Positions 43,034 to 55,800 of a stretch of 64,000 nucleotides of DNA are shown in pieces. Position 1 is the stretch's first letter; each line of letters starts with the position of its first letter. Under the pieces are notes generated by a model. That model worked only from the letters and a program-made list of their open reading frames with translations, was not told the DNA's origin and did not search any database. Source of the DNA: Chrysomallon squamiferum. Its lineage: Eukaryota > Animalia > Mollusca. The position numbers and the translations under genes were made by a program. Location: assembly GCA_012295275.1 (NCBI GenBank), contig CM022665.1, positions 13,330,001 through 13,394,000 on the forward strand. The letters are read 5' to 3'.

Positions 43034-44101
43034 ATGTTGAAAGCAATGCCCATTCTGACGGATCCTTCACAGAGAAACACGTATATGACAAACCCTAAGG
43101 AGGACCCTGGATTTCTCCCTCAAATTCTCCCCAAACAAAATTTGGGATCTAGCTCCGAAAATGAATCAATCCTCGACTTTCATCGCGATCGCTATGCTTC
43201 AACATCAGGCACGAGCACAGCAACGTCGGTATCGAGCAGCCCAATCAAACTGCCAAGCATAGACAAAACCAAATCTAACAGCATCTCCAGCCTTCATCAT
43301 GGTAAAGGTCAAAGATCGCGTAGTTACGACAGGACTGTTCTTTGTCGATCACCTAGCTGCCCGTCTAATATTGGCTACTTCCGTAAAGACGAGAGCCCCT
43401 TATATTGGCATCCCGGAGATTCAAAATTTGAATCGACGTCTCCAGAAAAGGACTCTGACTCCGGAATTCGACTTCCGGACATATTCAAGGACAGCAGCAC
43501 AATCAGCGGCGCCAGTCGAAGCACGAACAGAAGTCAGAGTACCAACAGAAGCCCACCGTTCGGAAGCAAACATGGCGGCGGTGAGCGAGACTACAGTCCA
43601 ACGACTTTTCGTAATGAAATGGCCTTGTCTTTGAAAAGAGATAAAACTAAAGTGTCCTGTTTCGATCGTACTCCTCGTGTGGATACCGCTCGAGATCAGC
43701 AGGACACTTACAGGTCGACCACGCAGAGTGCTCTTCTCTTGCCCATACGAAATTCTGAATCTCGAATGTCGATAAAAGGAAAGAAACGAAAGAAACACAC
43801 TTCTCGACAGAATACACAAATGAGCATTCAGTCGGATTGTACGAACATGTGCCAAAGTCTGGAGAGAGTACGATCAGCAAAGAAAAACACACGTGCTAAC
43901 AAAAGTGATCACACCCTCTCTAACACGTTTCGAGAAGTGGAGGACGCAAATGTCGCCGAAGACAGTGTTATACGAAAGTCTAAGGACGACCATAAAGACG
44001 GTGCTAACCCAGTTGCAAGGAAGCCAGCACATTATAAGACAAAGCATAAGGAGTCAGCATGTATAGCCCCTGATCGGGAAACGGCTCAAGTAAAGTCATA
44101 A
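43034..44101 (+). CDS. Uncharacterised intronless 355-aa Ser/Arg/Lys-rich, probably disordered protein
   Basis: 1068-nt ORF visibly much richer in GC than its flanks, with non-repetitive sequence. An upstream polypyrimidine/AG acceptor at 42889 suggests a spliced 5' UTR. It has a basic cluster (KGKKRKK) and no recognisable domain. Confidence 0.75.
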   Translation: MLKAMPILTDPSQRNTYMTNPKEDPGFLPQILPKQNLGSSSENESILDFHRDRYASTSGTSTATSVSSSPIKLPSIDKTKSNSISSLHHGKGQRSRSYDRTVLCRSPSCPSNIGYFRKDESPLYWHPGDSKFESTSPEKDSDSGIRLPDIFKDSSTISGASRSTNRSQSTNRSPPFGSKHGGGERDYSPTTFRNEMALSLKRDKTKVSCFDRTPRVDTARDQQDTYRSTTQSALLLPIRNSESRMSIKGKKRKKHTSRQNTQMSIQSDCTNMCQSLERVRSAKKNTRANKSDHTLSNTFREVEDANVAEDSVIRKSKDDHKDGANPVARKPAHYKTKHKESACIAPDRETAQVKS

Positions 44102-44481
44102 ACAACTTTTTGAAAACTGAAAAATATGAGTATTATTTTCTTATATATTCAAAGTGCTTTTAATAGAAAAAAAAAAAGAAAAACAAAAACAAAAAAAAAA
44201 AGAAAAAAAAAAAAAAAAAAAAAAATAAAGAAAAGAAAAAAGAAAAAAAAAGAAAAGAAAAGAAAGAAACTCTTTCAGAGAATGCATCTTGTTTACAGAA
44301 ATTCTGTCTTGAACGAAATTGGGTTATTCTAAACCCGAAGTCTGTGATAAAATTATTTTGAAACATCAGACAAAATCAGTTTATTTTTTTTCATTAAACA
44401 GATTTCTTACAGAGATACGGTGATACAATAATTTTTTGAATTCACACAAATGAAGCCATGAATAATTGTATAGATCACTGT

Positions 44482-44590
<109 letters not shown>

Positions 44591-45758
44591 TTCTGTATGT
44601 ATTCCGTGAAATTTCTTTATCTGGAAGAAAATGTCGCAGTGGGACATTTTTCATTTGTTTTCTGTTACTAGTGATTATTAGCAGCAATACTTTGTATTTA
44701 ACAACAAGAAGAAGAAAGAATGATACCCTACTGTAATAATAATTATTGCAGTAGGTTTCGCCTAGTTCATTAAATAATTTAAAATATAATACCAAGAAAG
44801 TATGCCTTTATCGTAACAGTGGAAAGCAAATGTTGTTTTCTTTATATTGTTGTACATATACTGAGTGTTACACCAAATTAATTCATTTTGTTTTATTTGT
44901 CTCACATTGATATAATAACCAGAATAATTATGTTTTAAAACCTAACAATCACTTGTCTGGAATTAAACATTAATTGAAGTGTTTTCTACGAATAACGCTA
45001 TGAGTTACTACTATTCAATGTTTTTGTTGTGACCGTAATGTGTTTAGCTTATGTCCACCTTTACTTAATTTCCCAGTGAGAATTTTTGATGTCCAGTTTG
45101 AAAACTATGTATTGAAATCCAAACTAATGGATTTTTAAAACTAATTAATTACTTAATTAAGGTATTGTAGTGACTTTATGATGCAGCTGTAACAAAGTTA
45201 TAAATAATCATTGCTTGTTCTTCAGTCACCAGGATTTCAGAAAAGAATATCACAATTAAGGTGTATATAACTTTCATTACACATAATTTATTAGAATTCT
45301 CTTTACAACAGTTCAAAGCACATATACGCGCGCGGACTTACTGAGGTTAAAAAAAAAAAAATATATATATATATGTTTTCCATATGACGTCATTTACAGT
45401 TTACAGTCGCACGTGCTATGAAAAGGTATTTCTAATGAAAATAATACTGGGTGCACTTTTGCACCGCTTAATTCTCTTAGTTTTAGGTAATATGGCATTG
45501 TTCTCAAATCAGGTACAAATAGGTTCTATTTCTGTGCTTCTCTCAGAGATTATCCCTGTTCTCTAATGCATAGTGAGATTAGCATAATCCACAGATAATC
45601 TTTGATCACAGTAGCAAGGTTATTTTACAATGAGTCAATTTTCTGTTAATAATTAATAAAGGGCAATACTCTGTATAGTCGGACGTTACTTTTACCATCC
45701 GCAACAATAAACTTTAAAAATGCATCTCGTTTTGTAACATCCTTATTGTAATTAGGTA

Positions 45759-45957
<199 letters not shown>

Positions 45958-47631
45958 AAATACACACGCATATACACAGTTTAACAAAAAAAAAAACTCT
46001 CGAGAGCTTTCTTTTAATAAATTAATTTATTTACTTATTATTTTGACATAAGTGCCTTTAAGAGTAGATTTTATTCACAGTAATGTATATATATATTTTT
46101 TTTTCATAATGATAATTTAACTTCGTTCTGTTAAAAATCAGCATATTTAATGTTGTTTATGATGATGCTGATGGTAATAATGAAGATAGCAATGTTAATC
46201 ACATTTTTTCATACAAAATTTAATTTAAAACAAAGCACGAAAGGACATTCATATATTTAAAAAAAGAAAAGAAAAAAGTAATAATTTATAAAATTCAATA
46301 CATCTTTGACAGCACAGTGTAATAAACTCAGAAAACATTTACTAATTAGCCCAAGAATCAATAAATAGTGAAAAACAGTAATCAAAATTTGACATTATAA
46401 AGTAATGAGTAAACTTTGTGTTCTAGAAAGGCTTTCAAATCATGGTATATCGACATATATTTTGAAAGGTTTTTAAATTAGTGCGTCAAAAGTCCGCAGA
46501 CAGCATATTTTTATGGTTCATACTGTCCGATATTTAGGATTAAAACAACATGAATGACATTTAATTAGCTTGTTTTGTTATATATAGTTTGCATTAATAT
46601 TATATATTTCTTCAATGCCTTACATATACGGTCAAATAAAATGAATATCTACAGTGTTCTAAATAATATTAATATTAGAATCCGAGCAAATTCGTTTTGT
46701 TGCTATACACAATATTGCTGTATCTTTTATCGCTAAATTAGACAACGTTAGTGTGAAACGGCACAATTCATTAAAATGAATAGATAGTTATTATTCTTAT
46801 CGTAAATTTACAAAAACAGCAGAAAACACAGCCGGTGTCACATGTCTAAAATGAATTGCGTTTTTAAAAGCTGGTATTGGTATGCGATCCCCACACCTTA
46901 AAAATATTCAGTTGTTTAACTACATCGTTATCGCATCTGAGAAAGGGCATTGTCCTCTAATAAAAATTCTGTCCGGCCTTCTGAGAGTTGCTGTATAGAA
47001 AATATTATATAAGAGAAAATAAGTTATGACTTAATTATAAGCTTTATGTAACTGTAAGCCAGTACGGACACAGGTAATACGATTTATCTAATGGGAGAGA
47101 GAATCTAGCTTCGCTCTACGTGTTGATAAAATTAATGATAGTAACGTAATGTATAAACTGAAAATCTTTTGTGGCTGTTTATTATTAATGTTAATTGTTA
47201 TTGTTGTTGTTGTACATTATTATCATCATTATTGTTATTATTGTTGTTTTGTATTATTATTATTATTATTATTATCATCGTCATAAACATCATCATCCAT
47301 TTTTCATCCCTACTGTGAATAAACGGTGTTAATAGATCAAAACAACATTTTCTGATAAATTAATATTAGGTAAAAAACCAAAATAATTCACTTTCTGAAA
47401 TTGTGTTTCAGAACAAAAGCTGGACATGTGTTAATGTCTTTGTATCCTTCATAATGGAAATATAATCATATACTGTATATTTTCCCTTTTGTTTTTATTA
47501 TAAATGCTTTGATTTCAGTAAAAATCAAACGTGTTTGAGTCTATACAAAATGAAAAGAGTTTATCGTGTCAAGACTTTAATCAAACAACAATAGTAATAA
47601 AGAAGTATATGCATTTTGACAATTTATCCTG

Positions 47632-47666
<35 letters not shown>

Positions 47667-47929
47667 ATTCTCTCTACAGATGTTACCACTAATTCAGATT
47701 AAACCAAATACAAATGGGGTGATGTACATTCACTCTTTCCATCAAAAATGTATATTGCTTCTATCGTTTTCCAGTAGTTACTAGATGTTGTATATTTATT
47801 TTATTAGCACTTTTTATAAGATGTATTGCACAATGATATAAATACGTGGGTGCAGAAAGATGTACTCACAGACATCTTTACCATGTAAAACAGTATTAAC
47901 TTGTCTGCTTGCAAGTTGATGGTAATTTT

Positions 47930-48120
47930 CTCATTGGCCGAGTTTGATTGTAATCTAAAATCGCATTGGCTAATTTGGAATGCAAATGAGTTGGTAATGT
48001 AAATCGTAATTTGTTTTTGTATTGGCTGATCTGGAGTGGAAGTGAGTTGGTAACAAGAACTGTAATTTATATTGGTTAATTTGGTATGGAATAGTATTAG
48101 CAAATAAGTTTATATTTGCA
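47930..48120. repeat. Degenerate ~50-56 bp tandem repeat with ATTGG cores
   Basis: Units start at 47965, 48021 and 48071 (attggctaatttggaatg / attggctgatctggagtg / attggttaatttggtatg); 'gagttggtaa' occurs twice. Confidence 0.55.
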
Positions 48121-50201
48121 TTGATATTATTTTGAATGGAAGTTGTTTAGTAAACTTTTGGTAATAATTATAATATATGTATGCATGCATACTGAATAGT
48201 CTTGAATGCATGTGATTGATAAATTTCAAAGATTTTTATCATTATTATTATTATTATTATTTTTTTTAATTCCGATTTTGCAAGTTTTAACATGAAATAT
48301 ATAATAATACAAATTAATACTAAATGTTTTACTGCTTTTTTTTTTTTTTTAAATTAACTATTCTTTGTTTCAAACAAAGTAAATTTAGTTATTTTTATAA
48401 AATATAAAATACATGAAAATTCTCCATTATAAAGTCTTCACTGTTTCTTTATTTCTTTTAACTTCTGTTAGTATTGCTACTACTAATAGCACCATGACTT
48501 TTATGCTACTACTGCTACTGCTGGTGTTACAGATTCAGCAAGTGTTATGGAATTACTTGTGACCTAAGTTTTTCTAGATTTATTAATTTGTGGAATATAT
48601 GAGATAGAAAGGGAATGGAACTCAGTTCCAAACATACAATTCTTTTATATTTTAAATACAGTTTATACACACATCCTGAAAGTAGCATTATTAAATAGTT
48701 TTAATAATTTTGTAATAAAAAGTTTGTATACTGAAAGCTAAATTATCAATATACCTTGGCTTCTGCTAGAATTTTCGAATTTTTGGCTAAATTATTATTA
48801 TAAAATGTTTTATTACTATAATTTACTTATCATTTGTACTTTAAATATTTTATATGGCCCTTTCAAATCCGTCCATTTCGATTATCCATACGTTATGAAG
48901 CCATAATTATGGTCAGTGTTTGGATTGTACATAAATAAAAATTGTTTCTAATCACAAATATGCCTATGCACAGTTTGAAATTTTATGTAAATCATAAATA
49001 TTAATGTGTTTTTTACAAAAACAAAACATTTTGTGTTCATTTTCATCTCTCATGTGAATAAACAAATATAACATGTATGCTTTGTTTTTAATGTTTACAT
49101 GTACATGCATGTTTATTTGCATGTACTTATGTGTATGTGTACATAAACTACATCATAAAATGTACACATGTACATTTGTGTGTGAATGTGTTGATAAGGA
49201 GGTGAGTTAGTGTGCAAAGAACATAATATGTTTATAGAAACTTTTTTATATAAATAACAGCTGGCTGCTTTTAAACATAATTATAGCTTCAAAGATAATT
49301 ACACTGTAATTCAGGGATTAAACATAATCCAGTCTAGTAGGCAATAGGATCAAACCACTTCATTGTCAGTATTAAGCTATCACCCATTCAAGCTATGATT
49401 TCATATTGATATATCAAGTAGTTAGTCTATGAGAAGGTGTACATACAGAATAGCCACTGCTGTTAATTGGTAAGAATAACACAGAATATTGGCAGCAGGT
49501 TTTCCCTCCAATACTACTACTGCAATTACAATATAGTATTCTTGGTACTTAATATCTGTTAAAATCTGATTAAATAAAGTCTGATCCATTCATCAAGATT
49601 CTAGAACAAAGGAATCTATATTTATGTTACCATACTTGTGGTCAATGACTGCAGAAACCACGACCATTTAAAAAAATATATATATATACATTTATTTCAA
49701 TAACAGATAAACACACAAATAATAGATATATCATTATATATGTATAATATGTAACATAAAAAGCAAATCCATTATGATAAGAGAATAAACATAATAAAGT
49801 GGAATATCCAAAATAAATTTCTCTTGTGAATCCATTCATGTATGTATCATCTCAGAAATAAAGATTTAAAAAAAATACTTTATTTTTAAAAATGACTAAA
49901 CTAAGTGTTTTTGTGATTCTATTATTACAAAAACAAAAACATAAACATAATAATCATTTGTGGATATGCAGAAAATTATTACAAATGTTTATAAGCTTGT
50001 ACAGCTGTACTTCAATAACCAACAAAAATGAAAAAAAAAAAAAAAAATTAAAATAAAATCAACAATATGAAAATTATTGTAAGGATTAGAGAGATTTATA
50101 CCATTCATTAAACTTTCACTGAGTAATTGCAATCATACTGTTGGAATAATAATATTATTAATAATTTTAAAAGTTTGTGTCTTTATGTCAGCCTATCTTA
50201 A

Positions 50202-50622
50202 TTAATCGAAAACAACTCCTTTTGCAATTTTTCTCTTCTTGCTAGTTGGATTGATCAAACTCATACCTGCTTTCCTAGGTTTACTTTTAGTGGCAGATTT
50301 CTTGGGACCAAAATCATTTGAAGAGAAAATGCCCCCCGTTCTTGTATTTTGACTTTTCAAGCTGTCTATTGTTTTATTTGCTGCTGCTAATTTTGTTTCC
50401 AACAAGGAAGCTTGGTCAGCTAATCGGAACAAAATTGACTGCATTTCTGTTCTTTTCTCTGCTGCTTTTGCCTCAAAAAGGTTAAAGATCAAAGCATCTT
50501 GATCATGTCCTACTGTTAAAATCATCTTGTTTCCGATTGTCGCTACAGAAATGTCTCCTGATGTTAAACCATTTCTACAAAAATAAATATCATCTATGTC
50601 AAGTGTAAAATGAAAAAAAAAC

Positions 50623-50713
<91 letters not shown>

Positions 50714-51049
50714 AACGAATCTATTTAATTCCATTATGATGACCTTTATGAAATGATAAACATTTTACTTTTTATTTATTACAATTTATAATGCTGAATA
50801 TCGCTATATGTCTTACCTGAATTTGGCCAGATAGGTTTCAATCTCCTGCATGCCCGAAAGGTTCCGATGAGCCTCCAATTCGTCCGAGCCAAGTTCAAGT
50901 CGCCAGACATCAACACCATCGCTGACAGCTACAACCCACGTGTTGTTGATGAAGCGTGTAAAACATAAGTATTTTACACGACAATTCACAGTAGTGTTGT
51001 GTAGATCAGTAACTTCAGTTTTGTTCAATAAATTCTTAAAGTCAGCCAT
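50202..51049 (-). CDS. PAXX: PAXX (paralog of XRCC4 and XLF) non-homologous end-joining factor, 2 exons, 201 aa
   Basis: Exons 50817-51049 and 50202-50574 with a phase-2 GT-AG intron, 606 nt in total. It has an XRCC4-family head motif (YLCF...VAVSDGVDVW), a coiled coil (SILFRLADQASLLETKLAAA) and a C-terminal Ku-binding-like motif GMSLINPTSKKRKIAKGVVFD (human GESLINPGFKSKKPAGGVDFDET). Confidence 0.9.
50627..50710. repeat. (GA)n microsatellite in the PAXX intron
   Basis: Direct reading. Confidence 0.95.
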
Positions 51050-52835
51050 TCTGTCAAATTGCGTTTCGTTTGTTTACTTCCGCTATGTGCAATTGTTCAT
51101 ATGTGTTCCTCCCACCTTTTTCGCTGCACCGCAGAAATAGAGGGTAAAAAAACAAAAAATTATCTGGTCACTTTGACTTAATAAAATCAACCAGTTTTTT
51201 CCTTGCCTGTTTATATTTGCTCTAACAGAAAACAAGTCATAGCTTGCTACAGATAAAATTACATTTGTTAAGGTACATAATCTTTATGTGTCAATACTTA
51301 TATTTCATTCATAGTTTGCTATTTCTTTCCTTTTATTGTAGTGGATTCTTTGTAAACCACTTTTTCTGTTAAGATGTGTTATGTTCTACTCTGATTTTAA
51401 ACTGACCAGCCATTTCTGCATCATCATAATGTAAGAAAAAAGAAAACCAACAACAAATGGATATGCAAATGTTTATTAATTAGCTGCCATATCTTTAAAT
51501 TTTCATCAAAAGCGTAATGAATAATGATGAATTTTACAAGTATTGATCAAAACAATACTACTAATAATACTAAAACGTAATATATTTATTAAATTTGATA
51601 AAATAGCCTACAAATAAAAATCATTTATTAAATATATTTTGTATTATGATGGCACAGTTCTTAAACAGAAAAGCATTAATTAAGGAACTAGAGTCATAAT
51701 TATTTTATAAGTAACATTTTTGAATCACCCAGGTGCACCCATTCTTACAACATAAAAGCAAACAAAATACATCTTGTATAAAGTACATGATACATATTTA
51801 ATTTTAAACTTACATATAACGATCACATTCAGATCACTGTGATGTTTTCTGTCATAGACAGAGACTATCAATACATGAATGTTTATATGTACAGTAACAC
51901 ACATATATAACTTTCCTACATTACAGTAGCTTAACATTCCATCAGGTCAGTCATTTTCTTACTGACATATGATCTGTAAAACACATTATGTGTGTAGCAA
52001 ACAAAACAATGCAAAAACACACCACATGAATCAAAGAAACATCAGATGAAGAAATATCAATTGATTACTTAATATATAACTTGAAAAGTTAGCATCACAA
52101 TTACAGATTTTCACCTAATGCTTAAAAAATTAACAGCTATAAAGTAGTGCTTTTCCTTACAAGAAATATAAAAAATAAACATGACTTTAACATGAAGTAA
52201 CAAAAACGAATACAATAAAATTTTGACCATTAATTTTGTTATTAAATTAAAATGCTATTACTAGATTTGAATGATTAACCTGATTCAAAGATTTGCAAGG
52301 ATAAATTTGTATTTTTCAACTGGAAATTTTAAAATTATTTTCTAGTGTTAATAAATAATAGAACATTACAAGTAACTTGGAATTATATTTAGTATAATAC
52401 TAAAATGTATATAATAAAATATATTCAGATTTGTCTCTGTAATGATTATAACAAATAAAATTAAAACAAAATATGTTTTAGATTTTGTCCATAAGCTGTT
52501 ACACACAAAAGTTTTAGTTCAATTATATTTATACAATAAGACTGTTTTCATGTTTTAAATATTGAAAAACATCACTTGCATAAAAAAATATGGGTCCAAG
52601 TATTCAATACAATTCTGAAATACATATGATTTCATGTAATGGATTGTCAACCTGTAATTTAACTGATATTCTCTCCACTGATTACCATAAATCAAAGTAT
52701 CTACATTCAAAAATAAAAAACAATTAAACCTCTGATTAATCAGAACAGAATGATTTAATAACAACTAACAAACAAAAACAAAAACAGTTCCAGTTAGACA
52801 TCCGATAAATTGTGGACTAGAGTTACAGGCAATAA

Positions 52836-55800
52836 TTAATTGGCATATATATCTCCCATTGGAATCCAAATGTTCTTGCACTGCACAGAATGATACAAGA
52901 ATTCTTCACCTTGACCTTGCTCTGGATCTGACCAATCACGTGCCATTCCATAGTTGACCCATGTCCTCTTAAGATTATCTGCAGAGGAATGCTCCACAAA
53001 CTTAGACCCTGCTGCAGTGCCAAAGTACCACATGGCCTGAACATCCTGGTGTTCAGTCAAGTATTTGGTCAGATGGTCACGGTCACCGGTCAGTATATTT
53101 ACCACACCACCAGGTAGATCAGAAGTGTCAAATACCTGGAAAAAACAACAACCCACAAACTGAATAATTATATATTCAATAACTCTATTACAATAATAAC
53201 ATATGAAAACAATAATATGCAATACAGTAAACATAACATAACATAGGACAATAAAATGTCATGAAATAACTGTTAAATTAAGAAAATATACTGATAAAGA
53301 AAAAGGTATAACTAATACAAACCTGGTAGAAATCAAGGGCTACAAGAGGGTACTTTTCACTGGGTACAATTACAACAACGTTGCCTCGAACTACTGCTGG
53401 TGAAAAGAGAGAAACAAAACCAAGCAGTGGAAAATCATCAGGACATGCAATGCCAACCACACCAACTGGCTCATGTAACTTGATAGTAGCTCCATATAGT
53501 GTTGTTTCCTGCAATACATTTTTACATTTGAAATTAAGTGTATCTGTGTAAAAACAAGACAGAATGTCAGTTGTTATTTATTTTCATTGTTCTGAAAAAG
53601 AGCATAAAATGAAATTTTAAAGATTCAAAGAGATCATTAAGAATATTTGATGTATGTCAAACTGGCAAGCAGGCAAAAATGATAGTTATGAAAAAAACAA
53701 GAAAATAGACATAAATCACAAATAAATGCTACAAACACATACCAATAATTATTTCATAAAAAGAATGAATAAATGAAAGATTGTCTAACAACACCTCTGC
53801 ACAAATATATATCTGCATTTAACTGACAGCAGTAATAATATGAATATTTATTCAAATATAAATGATTTAATTTTCACAACAATGAACACGAGTAAATTGT
53901 TTGGTGGTGTCACTAATTCACACTGATGATGGCTGTTTCTAAAAACTTTAAAAAACAAAGCACTTTTACATTTACAATATACCATGAAAATTAAAAAAAA
54001 AAAATTGAAATCACAGTTTACCTGGACTGATCCTCCATATTTGTCGCAGTATGCTCCCCAGTAGAAAAGTCTCTGAATAGACAAGTCAACCTCAGTTCGA
54101 CTCTCATCTAGAGATTTTCCTGTCATGTTGCTGATTCTATCTGCTATTTCATCTCTTCGCAGTTCAAGGTTCTCAGCCATGTAGTACACAATCTGTGCAC
54201 GATTGTGAGCAGCCCGCTTGCCCCACCTAAAAGAAAAACAACACTTAACATTTGTTACCCAGCTAACTTACCAAATATGTAACATCTGTCACCCAACATG
54301 CACCACCTTGACCATTTAACAATTGTATCGTAACATTTGTAATGTGGGTCATGTAACTCAAACTGACATACATCAAATATTCTTAGTGATCTGTTTGAAT
54401 CTTTAAATTTCATTTTATACTCTTTTTTCAAAACAATGAAAATAATTAACAGCTGACATTCTGTCTAGTAAATAGGTGACAGTTTAATAACTGCCCAATA
54501 TTTCAACAGTATTTTGGAAAGCTGTGTATGACTTTACCCTGGTGCAGCTTTATGAGCCGCTTCCACAGCATTTCTGACATCCTTTCTGTTTCCCTCACCC
54601 ACATGACCAACAACTTTTCCAGATGGGTTGATAACTGGGCGGGTGTACTGTCCATCAGGTCGTTTCTGAGCACCACCATAGTACATTTTGTAAGTTCGGT
54701 CTATACTAAAACAGCAGATATTGAAAACTTAAATACAACAGCACCACTATAATAAATACTTCCCTTTTTAAATGCAAGCATTAACTTTAAAAAATTAGAT
54801 ATAAGACAAAATAATAAATGGGCATATTTAAAGAGACTTTTATGACATTTTTCCATTTGTTTTCTTCTGCTTATTAACTTATACAAATATTAAAATTAAA
54901 TGGTATCTGGGCATATTAAAACAGCCTGCTATAACATTTTTCCTTTTGTTTTCTTCTATATATTAATTTAAGCAAAAATTAAATACAATAAAAAATAATA
55001 ACTGGCCATATTAACAAGCCTATTATGACATTTTTCCCTTTGATTTTTTCACTACATATTAACATATAAGCATAAATATTAATTTTAGATGATACCTGGG
55101 CATAGTAACACCACCTGCTGTGACAGTTTTCACTTCATTGTCTGTTGGTGTTGGTCTGGCTGGAACTGTAGATCCAAATGTCTTCAGATTCACTTCAAGA
55201 GTGCCTGGTTGTGGCCTCACTTGCCAAGATGGTCTCACATACTCATACAAACCCTAAAATTAATATATTCTTTTAACTGACTGGTACATAATACCAATTA
55301 TTTTTAAATTAAAAAATGGAAATACATTATTTGTTATATGACTGAAATATGATTTATATGATTTTATTATTAATAGCTATGCATGAAATTCAAAGTTATG
55401 TGCTTCTGTCTGTAACTGACAGATAAAATTAGACGTAAATCACAAAAAGTTTCAAAGGGAAACTAAAATAAACATTTTTCTTCAGATTCCTTTTTCATTT
55501 ATCAATTTATGTAATATAAATAAACACAAACTAACTTCTTTACCACCATCTCTGCCATAGCCACTCTGTTTGTAGCCACCAAATCCCGCAGCAGCATCAA
55601 ACATGTTGTGGCAATTGACCCATACAGCACCTGCCTTTATACTAATAGCCACTTCTAGAGCTAAACTGACATTCTCAGTCCAGACACTGGCGCCAAGACC
55701 ATACACAGTATTGTTAGCAAGAGATACTGCTTCTTTAGCTGTTCGGAAAGGTAACGCTACCAATACTGGCCCAAATATCTAATAAATAATAATAAAAAAA

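Noticed and set aside
43299-43892. Alternative-frame and antisense ORFs inside the 355-aa ORF
   Set aside because: Expected by chance in GC-richer coding DNA; no motifs seen
44160-44270. A-rich tract after the 355-aa ORF as a retrogene poly(A) tail
   Set aside because: Similar A/T tracts occur throughout the window, no target-site duplication is seen, and an upstream splice acceptor is present
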